Shown here piece after piece: positions 29,401-39,452 of a stretch of DNA of 64,000 nucleotides. Position numbers and translations under genes: made by a program. The first letter of the stretch is position 1. Each line of letters opens with the position of its first letter. The stretch comes from Bacillota bacterium (GTDB lineage Bacteria > Bacillota > Proteinivoracia > UBA4975), in the NCBI GenBank assembly GCA_050949165.1, contig JBMNFF010000001.1, positions 1,059,185-1,123,184 on the forward strand, in the 5' to 3' direction. Below the pieces are notes generated by a model. The model searched no databases, was not told the origin of the DNA, and worked only from the letters and a program-made list of their open reading frames with translations.

Positions 29401-30735
29401 ATGTCCACCCTGGTAAAACCCCGCATGACCACCCGCGATAAGATCACCCTGGCCATCCTGGTCCTGATGTCTGTCTTCCTCTATGCCGACATGAACGCCA
29501 TCACTCCCGTGGTCACCGACATCATGGCCGAGTACGGCATCAGCGAAAGCGACATCGGCCTGGTGGGCTCGGCCTTCACCCTGATTGGCGCCATCGTCAG
29601 CATCGTCTTCGGCTTCCTGGCCGACCGCACTTCCCGCAAATGGCTGCTGGCCTTTGTGGTCCTGGTGGGGGAAATCCCCTGCTTCCTCACCGGCATCAAG
29701 TTCTTCACCCAAACCTATGAGCAGCTTCTCTTCCTGCGGATTTTGACCGGTCTGGGAGTGGGCGGCATCTTCCCCATCACCTTCTCCCTCATCGGCGACT
29801 ACTTCCACGCCCATCACCGCCCCATGGCGACGGCCTTTGTGGGAGCGGCCTGGGGCATCGGCGAAATTGCCGGCAGCATTATCGCTGGCTTCCTGGCCGG
29901 CCCCTACGGCTGGCGCCTGCCCTTCATCGTCGCCGCCGCCCCCAACTTCCTCCTGGTGCCCCTCTTCCTCCTCATCGCCAAGGAACCGGCCCGCGGCGCC
30001 CAGGAAGAGCAAGTCCAGGAACTCATGGCCCAGGGCATCGAGTACAACGAAAAGATCCGCCTCAAAGACCTCAAGTACGTCCTCACCAACAAGACCAATA
30101 TCCTGGGCTACCTCCAGGGAGTCCCCGGCTCTCTGCCCTGGGGCATCCTACCCTTCTACCTCATCGCCTATTACGAGGTTGTCCAGGGCTTCAGCAAGGA
30201 AATGGGCACCACCATCTTCTTCCTCTTCGGCGTTGGCGCCACCATCGGCGGCATCCTGGGGGGTTGGCTGGGCCAGGTTGTTTACAAAAAGGACCCCCGC
30301 TACATGCCCCTGCTGGCCGGCGGCACCGTCCTGGCCGGCATCATCCCTACCATGTTCCTCCTCAACATCTCCTGGCCCACCGACCCCGGACTGGTGGACT
30401 GGCTGCTGCCGGTGGCCTTTGCTATCTTTTCCGGAGCCCTGATCACCATTGCCGGGCCCAATATCAAGTCCATCCTCCTCAATGTCAACCCGCCGGAGCA
30501 CCGGGGTACCGTCTTTGCCCTCCACAATATCTTCGACTCTATCGGCAAGGGCGTGGGCCCCTTCATCGGCGGTCTCCTCATCACCAAAATTGGCTACACC
30601 TTCACCGTGTATTTTTCCGCCCTGATGTGGATCCCCTGCGGCCTCATCTTCCTGGCCATCTACTGGACCATCAGGAAGGACATCGACTATGTCAATCGCT
30701 ACCTGGACGAAAAAGCGGCCAAGCTGGCCGGGTGA
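29401..30735 (+). CDS. MFS transporter
   Basis: 444 aa, 12 predicted TM helices, MFS signature RxxRK-like loop between TM2 and TM3; AAAGGAGG RBS. Confidence 0.85.
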   Translation: MSTLVKPRMTTRDKITLAILVLMSVFLYADMNAITPVVTDIMAEYGISESDIGLVGSAFTLIGAIVSIVFGFLADRTSRKWLLAFVVLVGEIPCFLTGIKFFTQTYEQLLFLRILTGLGVGGIFPITFSLIGDYFHAHHRPMATAFVGAAWGIGEIAGSIIAGFLAGPYGWRLPFIVAAAPNFLLVPLFLLIAKEPARGAQEEQVQELMAQGIEYNEKIRLKDLKYVLTNKTNILGYLQGVPGSLPWGILPFYLIAYYEVVQGFSKEMGTTIFFLFGVGATIGGILGGWLGQVVYKKDPRYMPLLAGGTVLAGIIPTMFLLNISWPTDPGLVDWLLPVAFAIFSGALITIAGPNIKSILLNVNPPEHRGTVFALHNIFDSIGKGVGPFIGGLLITKIGYTFTVYFSALMWIPCGLIFLAIYWTIRKDIDYVNRYLDEKAAKLAG

Positions 30736-30744
30736 GGTGATAGT

Positions 30745-32046
30745 ATGAAGGGTTTTGAGCTGGGACAGGATTTCCTCCTGGGCACCGCCACCGCCGCCCT
30801 CCAGATCGAAGGGGGCGACCGCAAAAACAACTGGTACCGTTGGTGCGAACAGGGCAGAATCAAGGACGGGGCTCACTGCCTCCGGGCCAATGACCATTAC
30901 AACCGGGTGGAAGAAGACATCGCCCTGATGCAGGCCATGCACAACGAAACCTATCGCCTGGGCCTGGAATGGAGCAGAATTGAGCCCGCTCCCGGCCAGT
31001 GGAGCCAGGAAGGCCTGGACCATTACCGCCGGGAGCTGGAACTGCTCCTGGCCGCTGGCATCACTCCCCTGGTCACCCTCCACCACTTCTCCCACCCCCT
31101 CTGGTTCGAGGATATGGGGGGCTGGGAAAATAGCCAATCTCCCGAACTCTTCCGTCGCTTTACCCGCACCGTGGTGGAAAATTTGGGCGACCTGGTCCAG
31201 GATTGGATTACCATCAATGAGCCCAATGTCTACGCCATGGGTAGCTTCCTCACCGGGGAATGGCCCCCGGGCAAGAAGAGCATCCCTGCGTACTTCCGGG
31301 TCCTGAAGAACATGGTCCTGGGCCACATCCTGGCCTATCAGGAAATCCATGCCATCCGCAAGGCCCAGGGCTTCCCGGGTCCCACCCGGGTGGGCGTGGC
31401 CAACCACATCCGGGTCTTCTCCCCCGAGGACAATGCCCTGGCCCGCGGCGCCGCCCGTCGCCTGGACTACCTCTTTCATACCATGGTGGTCCGGGGCATG
31501 GTGGAAGGCAAGCTCTCCTTCCCCCTGGGAACCGGGGGCTACCCCCTGGGTAAGGGGTTCTATATGGACTTCTTTGGCCTCAACTACTATTCCCGGGACA
31601 TCGTGGCCTTCTCCTGGAAAAACCCCGGCATGCTCTTCGCTCAGCTCAGGACCGACCCCACCCTTCCTAAGAACGATCTGGGCTGGGATATCTATCCCGA
31701 GGGCTTGTACAGCATCTGCAAGGAGTATTATCAGCGGTACAAGGTCCCCATCTACATCACCGAAAACGGCATCTGCGACGCCGACGATGATCAGCGCCCA
31801 AGCTACATCTACCGCCACCTGGAGCAGGTGGCCCGGCTCCGCCAAGAGGGGATCCCCGTGGAGCGCTACTACCACTGGACCCTGATGGACAATTTCGAAT
31901 GGGCAGAGGGTGAGAGCGCCCCCTTCGGCCTCATCCACTGCAATTTCGAGACCCAGGAGCGCACCATGCGCGAGAGCGGCCGCTTCTATGGGGAAATCTG
32001 CCGCCGCAAGGCAGTGACCCAGGAGATGATCGAGAAATATCTATAG
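30745..32046 (+). CDS. glycoside hydrolase family 1 (beta-glucosidase/6-phospho-beta-glycosidase family)
   Basis: TINEP (acid/base) and ITENG (nucleophile) GH1 motifs. Confidence 0.85.
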   Translation: MKGFELGQDFLLGTATAALQIEGGDRKNNWYRWCEQGRIKDGAHCLRANDHYNRVEEDIALMQAMHNETYRLGLEWSRIEPAPGQWSQEGLDHYRRELELLLAAGITPLVTLHHFSHPLWFEDMGGWENSQSPELFRRFTRTVVENLGDLVQDWITINEPNVYAMGSFLTGEWPPGKKSIPAYFRVLKNMVLGHILAYQEIHAIRKAQGFPGPTRVGVANHIRVFSPEDNALARGAARRLDYLFHTMVVRGMVEGKLSFPLGTGGYPLGKGFYMDFFGLNYYSRDIVAFSWKNPGMLFAQLRTDPTLPKNDLGWDIYPEGLYSICKEYYQRYKVPIYITENGICDADDDQRPSYIYRHLEQVARLRQEGIPVERYYHWTLMDNFEWAEGESAPFGLIHCNFETQERTMRESGRFYGEICRRKAVTQEMIEKYL

Positions 32047-32236
32047 CACCCAATAAAAAAGGGTTACCGGAAATGACAGGTAACCCTTTCTTAAATTATG
32101 CAAGGCCTTTTAGCCATCCTGACGAAGCCGGGCGGCAAGAGCCGCCCCTGCAACGCCGCCACCCGCAGGTCCAGGGGGAGCAGCCGAACCATGTAATCGC
32201 CCCTCCGACACCGGGTGTGAAGCAAAAGAACCGTCC

Positions 32237-33574
32237 CTATGCTTCCAATGTTACGGTAAAGACCGCCCCCTGGTCATTATGCACCTGGATTTCTCCCCCA
32301 TGCTGCTGGACCACGGCCTGGGCGATGGAGAGGCCGATGCCATGCTTGCCGCCCAGGCCCTTGTAAAAGCGGTCAAAGATATGGGGAAGGTCCTGGTCGC
32401 TGATGCCAGGACCATCGTCGGCCACCCGGGCCACCGCCCGGCCTTGGACAAGGCGGCAGGACAGGGTGATGCGGCTGTCGGCATAGCGGATGGCATTGGC
32501 AATGAGATTGGAAAAGGCCCGGGACAGGCCCTCCTCGTCGCCCACCACCTCCACCGGCTCCGGGTCGAACTCAAAGGTGAGGGATATTCCCCCTTTCTCA
32601 GCCAAAGGGCGCAGGGTCTCGGCGCTGTTGGAGATGACCTCCCGCAGGTCCAACCGCTCCTTCTTTGCCGTGCCCAGGCTGCTGTCCATCCGGGAAAGGT
32701 AGAGCAGACCATCCACCATCTCCCTGAGTCTATCGGCTTCGTCGATGATAACACCGCTGGACTGCTGGCTGTCCAGGATGCCGTGCTGGATGCCCTCGGC
32801 ATTGCTGCGAATGGCCTGGAGGGGGGTGCGCAGTTCGTGGGAGACATTCTGAAAGAAGGTCTTTTGCTCCCGATCATAGCTTTCCAGCTGCTGCGCCGCC
32901 CAGTTCATGCTCTCGGCCAACTCTGCCAGCTCGGCATCCCGGTACTCCGGGCTGCTGGTCCGGAAATCCCCCTGCCCCAGGCGGGTGGCAAAGCGGGTCA
33001 GCTCCCGCACCGGCCGGGCGATGACCCCGGACAGGAAGAAGGCCAGGCCCACCGCCAGCAAGCCCGCCACCGCCATGACCCAGACCAAAGTGGTGTTGAT
33101 ACGGTCGGCAAAGGCAGAGATGGCTGTCATATCGAAGTAAAAGATATAATAGTAATAACTCCCGGGCTGGTTCACCGAGACAAAGTAGTAGTCCCGACCC
33201 GAGGCCCGGAGGTTCATAATCTTGTTACTGTCCAGGTTGACCTTCTCCGCCGCCAGCGCCCTGGCCAGGACGTAGACCTCTTTGAAGTTCTCCAAATAGG
33301 TCAGGCCCAGATCCGGCACCACCAAGTCGTAGTCCCTGGTGACGATGATGAACTGCCCCGACCCCGCCGGGCCCAGGGGCAGGCCGATGGTGCTGCGCCC
33401 GGGCGTTATCCGGAGCACTTCCCCCAGTTGGGCCTGGACGCTGCTCAAGATATAATCCCGAACCAGGTAGTTAAAGGCCACCTGGATCAGGAGAAAGGTC
33501 ACGGCCAGCAGGAGGAGGATGGAGATCAAGATACGGGCGCGGATGCTGATTTTTCCCCGGCTAGCCACGGCCAT
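32237..33574 (-). CDS. two-component sensor histidine kinase
   Basis: two TM helices, HAMP-like linker, H-box SHELRTPL, HATPase domain. Confidence 0.85.
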   Translation of the reverse strand: MAVASRGKISIRARILISILLLLAVTFLLIQVAFNYLVRDYILSSVQAQLGEVLRITPGRSTIGLPLGPAGSGQFIIVTRDYDLVVPDLGLTYLENFKEVYVLARALAAEKVNLDSNKIMNLRASGRDYYFVSVNQPGSYYYYIFYFDMTAISAFADRINTTLVWVMAVAGLLAVGLAFFLSGVIARPVRELTRFATRLGQGDFRTSSPEYRDAELAELAESMNWAAQQLESYDREQKTFFQNVSHELRTPLQAIRSNAEGIQHGILDSQQSSGVIIDEADRLREMVDGLLYLSRMDSSLGTAKKERLDLREVISNSAETLRPLAEKGGISLTFEFDPEPVEVVGDEEGLSRAFSNLIANAIRYADSRITLSCRLVQGRAVARVADDGPGISDQDLPHIFDRFYKGLGGKHGIGLSIAQAVVQQHGGEIQVHNDQGAVFTVTLEA

Positions 33575-34253
33575 CCCGCCTTTTTAAGCGAAAACCGAAA
33601 CCCCACACCGTTTCCACCACAGTGTCGGTATCCTGGATCTTCTTGCGCAGGCGCCGGACGGTGTCGTCGGCGGCCCGGGTCTCCACCGGGCTGTCAAAGC
33701 CCCACACCTTGTTCAGCAGTTCTTCCCGGGATACCGCCCGCTCCTGGTGCTCCACCAGGTAAGCCAGGAGGTTGAATTCATTGGGGGTGAGGTCCAGGGG
33801 TTTGCCCTGGGCGGTGACGGTCTTGGTCCTCTGATCGATGACCAGGTCGGCGAAGGTGAGGACGTCCTGGGCGGACCTCCCGGCCTCGTAGTCGATGCGG
33901 CGGAAGATGGCCTTGACCCTCAGGACCAGGGCCATGGCAGAAAAGGGCTTGGTAAAGTAATCGTCGCTGCCCAGGTTGATGCCCGTGGCATAGTCCAGGT
34001 CGCTGTCCCGGGCAGTGAGCATGATGATGGGAACGGTGCTGATTTTCCGCAGCTCCCGGCAGATCTCGAACCCGCTGCTGCCGGGCATCATGACGTCCAG
34101 AATAACCAGGTCCGCCGGCGCTACCCGGAATGCTTCCAAGAGCGCATCGCCGTCCTCGAAGGCAGTGACCTCATACCCCTCGCTCTCCAGAAAGGCCTTG
34201 ACCACCTCGCGGATATTCTCTTCGTCATCGGCCAGGTAAATTGTCCTCGCCAT
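33561..34253 (-). CDS. OmpR-family response regulator
   Basis: receiver domain (DDEE...D...K) plus winged-helix C-terminal domain; ATG with AGGGGGTG RBS. Confidence 0.85.
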   Translation of the reverse strand: MARTIYLADDEENIREVVKAFLESEGYEVTAFEDGDALLEAFRVAPADLVILDVMMPGSSGFEICRELRKISTVPIIMLTARDSDLDYATGINLGSDDYFTKPFSAMALVLRVKAIFRRIDYEAGRSAQDVLTFADLVIDQRTKTVTAQGKPLDLTPNEFNLLAYLVEHQERAVSREELLNKVWGFDSPVETRAADDTVRRLRKKIQDTDTVVETVWGFGFRLKRRDGRG

Positions 34254-34308
34254 CAGCCGCACCCCCTGCTGAAGTTCTATGACAGTCTACTTCCAGAGTA
34301 TAGCAAAT

Positions 34309-35427
34309 TTACTTCCTCTCTCCCAGGGTGAGCTCCACAGTATGGGTGCCGCCATCCCGGTAGATTTCCACTTCCACGGTATCCCCCACCTTGTGCTCCT
34401 TCAGGATGCCGGTGACATCTTTCAGGGAGCGGACCTTGATTCCGGCCAGGGAGAGGATGATATCATTGGCCTTGATTCCTGCCGCCTCAGCCCCGCTGCC
34501 CTCGACCACTTCATTTACCAGCAGCCCCTGGGGCACATTATTATACAGGGCTGCCATGGGACTGATTTCCGAACAGAAAATTCCCAGAGCGGGACGGCCC
34601 CTGACATAACCGTGCTCAATCAGGTCTTCAACTATGGGCAGGACCAGGTCGATGGGGATGGCGAAGCCGATGCCCTCCACATCGGTGGCGGCGATCTTAA
34701 TGGTGTTGACGCCGATGACCTTGCCCTGGGCGTTGACCAAGGCGCCGCCGCTATTGCCGGGATTGATGGCGGCATCGGTCTGGATCAGACGCTCGGCCAC
34801 ATTTTCCCCCGCCACCTGGCGGTTGATTCCGCTGATGACCCCTGCCGTGACGGATCCTTCCATGCCCAGGGGATTGCCGATGGCCATGGCAAAATCCCCC
34901 ACCCGGACCTCTTCAGAGCTGCCAAACTCCGCCACCGGCAAGTTGTCCAGCTCGATCTTGATTACCGCCAGATCGTTCTGCTCATCGCCGCCCACATAGG
35001 TGGCCTCAGCCGACCGGCCGTCGGCCAGATAGACCTCCAGCTGGGCCTGGTTGTTATTCAGCAATGGTTTGACCACGTGGTAGTTGGTAATAATGTAACC
35101 ATCCCGGGAAGCGATAATCCCCGAGCCCTTGCTGGTCTGTTCCCTGGTTTGAGGCAATCCCAAGGGACTGGAATTGGCAAGTCTGGTAGTGACGGTGATC
35201 CCCACCACCGAGGCCCCGGCTTTCTCGGCGATGTCGGCGGTGCTGAGGCCAGGAGCAGGATAGTCCACGGGGGTCAAGCTGGGTAACTCTTCCCCAACCC
35301 TTTCCAGGCTTTCCATCAACTCCTGGAATCTTGCATCATAGTCTGATTTCACCGCTGCCATTCCCAAACCACCAAAAAGTATCACAGCAATTAAACCCAT
35401 GGTTAAAAATTTATTTGCTCTTGTCAA
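34309..35427 (-). CDS. htrA: HtrA/DegP-family serine protease with PDZ domain
   Basis: N-terminal TM anchor, catalytic triad context (ITNYHVV, NDLAV, GNSGGAL), C-terminal PDZ; TTG start with AAGGGGGATG RBS. Confidence 0.85.
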   Translation of the reverse strand: MTRANKFLTMGLIAVILFGGLGMAAVKSDYDARFQELMESLERVGEELPSLTPVDYPAPGLSTADIAEKAGASVVGITVTTRLANSSPLGLPQTREQTSKGSGIIASRDGYIITNYHVVKPLLNNNQAQLEVYLADGRSAEATYVGGDEQNDLAVIKIELDNLPVAEFGSSEEVRVGDFAMAIGNPLGMEGSVTAGVISGINRQVAGENVAERLIQTDAAINPGNSGGALVNAQGKVIGVNTIKIAATDVEGIGFAIPIDLVLPIVEDLIEHGYVRGRPALGIFCSEISPMAALYNNVPQGLLVNEVVEGSGAEAAGIKANDIILSLAGIKVRSLKDVTGILKEHKVGDTVEVEIYRDGGTHTVELTLGERK

Positions 35428-35546
35428 TCAGCATCCCCCTTTTTTTGATTTCTCCAGTTATAATTTACCTGGGGGGCGACTTGGAAATCACCGCAGCGGG
35501 CAAGCAAAATTGCCGCAAACCTGCGGCAGAAGCATGGGGAAGCATG

Positions 35547-35609
35547 GGGACGGTTCTTTTGCTTCCCCAACAACGCCTTGGAAGGCAAAGGAAGCAAAAG
35601 AACCGTCCC
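35547..35609. repeat. perfect 20-bp inverted repeat GGGACGGTTCTTTTGCTTCC / GGAAGCAAAAGAACCGTCCC (GGGGACGG family) directly upstream of the ATP-grasp RBS
   Basis: arms 35547-35566 and 35590-35609 with 23-nt loop; preceded by tandem 10-bp duplication agcatgggga x2 (35531-35550). Confidence 0.8.
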
Positions 35610-35625
35610 ATTTGGAGGAGTGAGC

Positions 35626-36804
35626 ATGTACAATAACAAAGCCCTGGTCATCGGGGCCAATTACTATATCGGGCTCAGCGCCATCCGCTGCCTGGGCAGC
35701 CAGGGGGTGCCGGTGGCGGCGGTGGACTATTCCCGGGAAAGAGCCTATGCCTTCAAATCCCGCTGGTGTCGGGAGCAGTTGTTGGCGCCCAACTACCGCC
35801 GGCAACCCCAGGCGTTCATCGACTTCCTCCTGGAGTACGGGAAAAGGCAGAGCTCAAAGCCGGTACTGTTTCCCACCGCCGACGCCTATGCAGAAATCCT
35901 GGACCAAAATTATTACGCCCTCCGGGAATACTTCTTGCTGCCCAACCCCCGCCAGGGCTTCTATACTGAGCTCCTGGACAAGAACCGCCTCCATCGGCTG
36001 GGAATCCATCACGGCATGGCGATGCCCGAATCCCTGTCGGTGCGGGATATAGACCGGGTGGAGCGGGAGATTGGCTACCCCTGCCTGCTGAAACCCGTCA
36101 CCTCTCCGGATTTTGTCCGCATCTTCCGGGTCAAGGTCTTGGTGGCCCAGACAAGAGCCCAGTTGGAAGAGGCCATCGCCCTGGCCCAGAAGCACGGCCT
36201 GGAGACAATCATCCAGCGGATAATTCCCGGCTTCGACGATCACATGCACACTTACGACGCCTATGTCGACGGGAAGGGAAATGTTACCCACTGGACCACC
36301 TGCCAGAAAAAGCGCCAGTATCCCATCAATTTCGGGGCTTCGGTATTTACCCAGCAAAAGCACGTCCCCGAGCTGCACCGGCTGGGTTCAGAATTCTTCC
36401 GGCGCATCGGCTACCGGGGCTTTGGCGAAATCGAGTTCAAGTACGATGCAGACAGGAATAAGTACTATATGATTGAAGTCAATGTCCGCCTCAGCAACCT
36501 CAACGCCCTCCTGCACCGGGCCGGCCTCAACTTCCCCTATATCATGTACCGGGACCTCATCGGCGACTCCCTGGCTCCTGAGGCCATCACCTGGGATACC
36601 GGCCTCCACTTCTGGTCGGCCCTGGAGGATGCCTTCGCCCTCCGGGATTACCTGCGCCAGGGCCAGCTCACTCCCGGGCAGGTTGCCAGGTCCCTGCTCA
36701 GCAAAAAGGTCCCTTCAATCTGGGACTGGCGGGACCCCCTGCCGGGCCTGAGCTACGGCGGCCAGCTACTGGGCAAGGTTGGTAGAAAAATATTTCGCCG
36801 CTGA
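35626..36804 (+). CDS. ATP-grasp domain protein (predicted carboxylate-amine ligase)
   Basis: N-terminal Rossmann-like KALVIGANYY, central ATP-grasp motifs (CLLKP, EIEF), ATG with GGAGGAG RBS; ORF-track N-terminal extension rejected. Confidence 0.7.
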   Translation: MYNNKALVIGANYYIGLSAIRCLGSQGVPVAAVDYSRERAYAFKSRWCREQLLAPNYRRQPQAFIDFLLEYGKRQSSKPVLFPTADAYAEILDQNYYALREYFLLPNPRQGFYTELLDKNRLHRLGIHHGMAMPESLSVRDIDRVEREIGYPCLLKPVTSPDFVRIFRVKVLVAQTRAQLEEAIALAQKHGLETIIQRIIPGFDDHMHTYDAYVDGKGNVTHWTTCQKKRQYPINFGASVFTQQKHVPELHRLGSEFFRRIGYRGFGEIEFKYDADRNKYYMIEVNVRLSNLNALLHRAGLNFPYIMYRDLIGDSLAPEAITWDTGLHFWSALEDAFALRDYLRQGQLTPGQVARSLLSKKVPSIWDWRDPLPGLSYGGQLLGKVGRKIFRR

Positions 36805-36830
36805 AAATCACCCACTGAGAACCGTCCCCC

Positions 36831-37874
36831 GTGGACTTACCACTGGTAAAGAAGTATAATTTCAATCTAGCCCAGAGCGTGTTGAAAGCGGGTGATACGG
36901 TGATAAAACTGGAGGGAATCAACAAGACCTTTCGGGTTGCCAAGCGCCAGTCCGGATTTGGCCGGGCGGTAAAGGCGCTCTTCTCCCGGGAATATGAGAC
37001 AATCCATGCCCTCAGCGATGTCAGCTTCTCCATCAAGGACGGAGAAATGGTGGGGTACATAGGCCCCAACGGCGCCGGCAAGAGCACCACTATCAAGATT
37101 ATGTGCGGCATCCTCACCCCCGACAGCGGCAGATGTGAAATCGACGGGCGCACCCCCTGGCGGAACAGAATCGCCCATGTCCGCAACATCGGAGTGGTCT
37201 TTGGCCAGCGCAGTCAGCTATGGTGGGATGTCCCGGTCTGCGACAGTTTTGATCTCATCAAGGATATCTACAAGGTGGAGACAAGGCAGTATCGGCGCAT
37301 CCTGGATGAGCTGATCAGCCTCCTGGACCTGGCCGAGATTCTCAAGACGCCCACCCGCAACCTCAGCCTCGGCCAACGCATGCGCTGCGAACTGGCCGCC
37401 TCCTTGCTCCACAGCCCCAGAATCCTCTTTTTGGACGAGCCCACCATCGGCCTGGATGCCGTATCCAAGCTGGCGGTGCGTCAATTCATCAGGGAACTCA
37501 ACGCCAGGCAGGGAACCACCGTTATCCTGACCACCCATGACATGCAGGATATCGAGGCCTTGACCGAGCGCATTCTCCTCATCGGCAAGGGGAGAATCCT
37601 CCTGGACGGCAGCTTGGACGAGCTTAAGAAGCGCTGGTCAGGACGCAAAACCATAGTCTTCGAGTATAAAGGCCTGACCCCAGCTACCTGTGAAGGTATG
37701 ACCACGGTGGAGGATCGCCCAGGACGGCTGGTAATCGAGCTGGAGCCCGACCTTTGCCCGGTATCCGGGGCCATCGCCCATATTTCCGCCCAGGTGGATA
37801 TCACCGATATTTCGGTTTCCGGCATCAGCGCCGAAGAGATGGTGGCGGGCCTGTACCAGGAGTACCGCATATGA
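36831..37874 (+). CDS. ABC transporter ATP-binding protein
   Basis: Walker A GPNGAGKST, signature LSLGQRMR, Walker B LFLDEPT; start codon uncertain (GTG at 36831, poor RBS). Confidence 0.85.
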   Translation: MDLPLVKKYNFNLAQSVLKAGDTVIKLEGINKTFRVAKRQSGFGRAVKALFSREYETIHALSDVSFSIKDGEMVGYIGPNGAGKSTTIKIMCGILTPDSGRCEIDGRTPWRNRIAHVRNIGVVFGQRSQLWWDVPVCDSFDLIKDIYKVETRQYRRILDELISLLDLAEILKTPTRNLSLGQRMRCELAASLLHSPRILFLDEPTIGLDAVSKLAVRQFIRELNARQGTTVILTTHDMQDIEALTERILLIGKGRILLDGSLDELKKRWSGRKTIVFEYKGLTPATCEGMTTVEDRPGRLVIELEPDLCPVSGAIAHISAQVDITDISVSGISAEEMVAGLYQEYRI

Positions 37875-38674
37875 AAGCATACTTGGCACTTTTCCGCATC
37901 CGCTTTATCAACAGCCTTCAATACCGGGCCGCCGCCCTGGCCGGCATGGCCACCCAGTTTGCCTGGGGCTTCATGGAAATCCTGGCCTTCTCGGCTTTTT
38001 ACCGGGCCAATCCCGCCGCCTTCCCCATGGAATTTTCCCACACCGTCTCGTACATCTGGATGCAGCAGGCCTTCCTGGCCCTGTTCATGGTCTGGTTCTA
38101 TGAAAACGAAATCTTTGCTTCAATTACCAGCGGCGGCATCGCCTATGAACTGGCCCGCCCGGCAGACCTGTACACCCGCTGGTTTTGTCAAGCGGCGGCC
38201 AACCGGCTGGCCAAGGCGGTACTGCGCTTTCTGCCCATCCTGATGGTCGCCCTGCTGCTGCCCCAGCCCTTTCGCCTGTCCCCTCCGCCCAATGCCGGTC
38301 AATTCGCCCTCTTTCTGATCTCTGCCGCCCTCAGCCTGGGCGTGGTGGTGGCCTTTACCATGCTGGTCTACATATCCGCCTTTTATACCCTCTCCGCCAC
38401 CGGCCAGCGCGTTATCTCGGCGGTGCTGGCAGATTTCCTGGCCGGGGCAATCATCCCCCTGCCCTTTTTCCCCGAGCCCTTCAGGAGCATCGCCGAACTG
38501 CTGCCCTTTGCTGCCATGCAAAACATGCCCCTGCGCATCTACAGCGGCAATATCGCTGGCAGCGCCGCCGGATGGGGCATCGGCCTGCAGGTGCTCTGGC
38601 TGGTGGCCCTGATCGGCATCGGCAAGGGAATGATGAACAAGGCTCTGGGCAAAGTCGTGGTACAGGGGGGCTAA
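37871..38674 (+). CDS. ABC-2 family transporter permease
   Basis: six predicted TM helices; ATG overlaps upstream stop (ATGA); follows ABC ATPase. Confidence 0.65.
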   Translation: MKAYLALFRIRFINSLQYRAAALAGMATQFAWGFMEILAFSAFYRANPAAFPMEFSHTVSYIWMQQAFLALFMVWFYENEIFASITSGGIAYELARPADLYTRWFCQAAANRLAKAVLRFLPILMVALLLPQPFRLSPPPNAGQFALFLISAALSLGVVVAFTMLVYISAFYTLSATGQRVISAVLADFLAGAIIPLPFFPEPFRSIAELLPFAAMQNMPLRIYSGNIAGSAAGWGIGLQVLWLVALIGIGKGMMNKALGKVVVQGG

Positions 38675-38675
38675 C

Positions 38676-39452
38676 ATGAGGCTGTATTTGAAGTTTGTCG
38701 CCATGCACATACAGAGTCAGATGCAGTACAAGGCTTCTTTCTTCCTCACGGCCCTGGGCCAGTTCCTGGTCTCCTTTACCGCCCTCCTGGGAATTTGGTT
38801 TATGTTTATCCGGTTCAACGAAGTGGAAGGCTTTAGCTTTCCCGAAGTGCTGCTATGCTCTGCCACCACCCTGATGGCCTTTTCCCTGGCGGAATGCTTT
38901 GGCCGCGGCTTTGACCGCTTCCCCCGGATTATCAGCAATGGCGAGCTGGACAGGATGCTGGTGCGTCCCTGGCCGGTGGTGCCCCAAGTGCTGGCGGCAG
39001 AAATTGACTTTTCCCGCCTGGGCCGCCTAATCCAGGCCGTCCTGGTCTTCAGCTACGCAATCCCCGCCAGCCAGATTCACTGGACCATTGCCAAGATCAT
39101 CACTCTCATCCTGATGATTCTCTGCGGCAGCATCGTCTTTTTCTGCCTCTTCCTGATCTACGCCGCCTTTTCTTTCTTCACCATTGAAGGCCTGGAATTC
39201 ATGAATGTCCTCACCGATGGCGGCCGCGAGTTCGGACGCTATCCCTATTCGGTGTACGGCAATGATGTGCTGCGCTTCCTGACCTACGTCGTCCCCCTGG
39301 CCCTGTTTCAGTACTACCCCCTCCTCTACCTTCTGGACAGAAAAGACAGTATCCTCTACATGCTGGCGCCCCTGCTGGCCCTTCCCTTTGCCATCCCTGC
39401 CTACGCCTTCTGGCGCTACGGGCTCAGCAGGTATAAATCCACGGGTTCATAA
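38676..39452 (+). CDS. ABC-2 family transporter permease (second subunit)
   Basis: 258 aa, multiple TM helices, immediately downstream of first permease. Confidence 0.65.
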   Translation: MRLYLKFVAMHIQSQMQYKASFFLTALGQFLVSFTALLGIWFMFIRFNEVEGFSFPEVLLCSATTLMAFSLAECFGRGFDRFPRIISNGELDRMLVRPWPVVPQVLAAEIDFSRLGRLIQAVLVFSYAIPASQIHWTIAKIITLILMILCGSIVFFCLFLIYAAFSFFTIEGLEFMNVLTDGGREFGRYPYSVYGNDVLRFLTYVVPLALFQYYPLLYLLDRKDSILYMLAPLLALPFAIPAYAFWRYGLSRYKSTGS

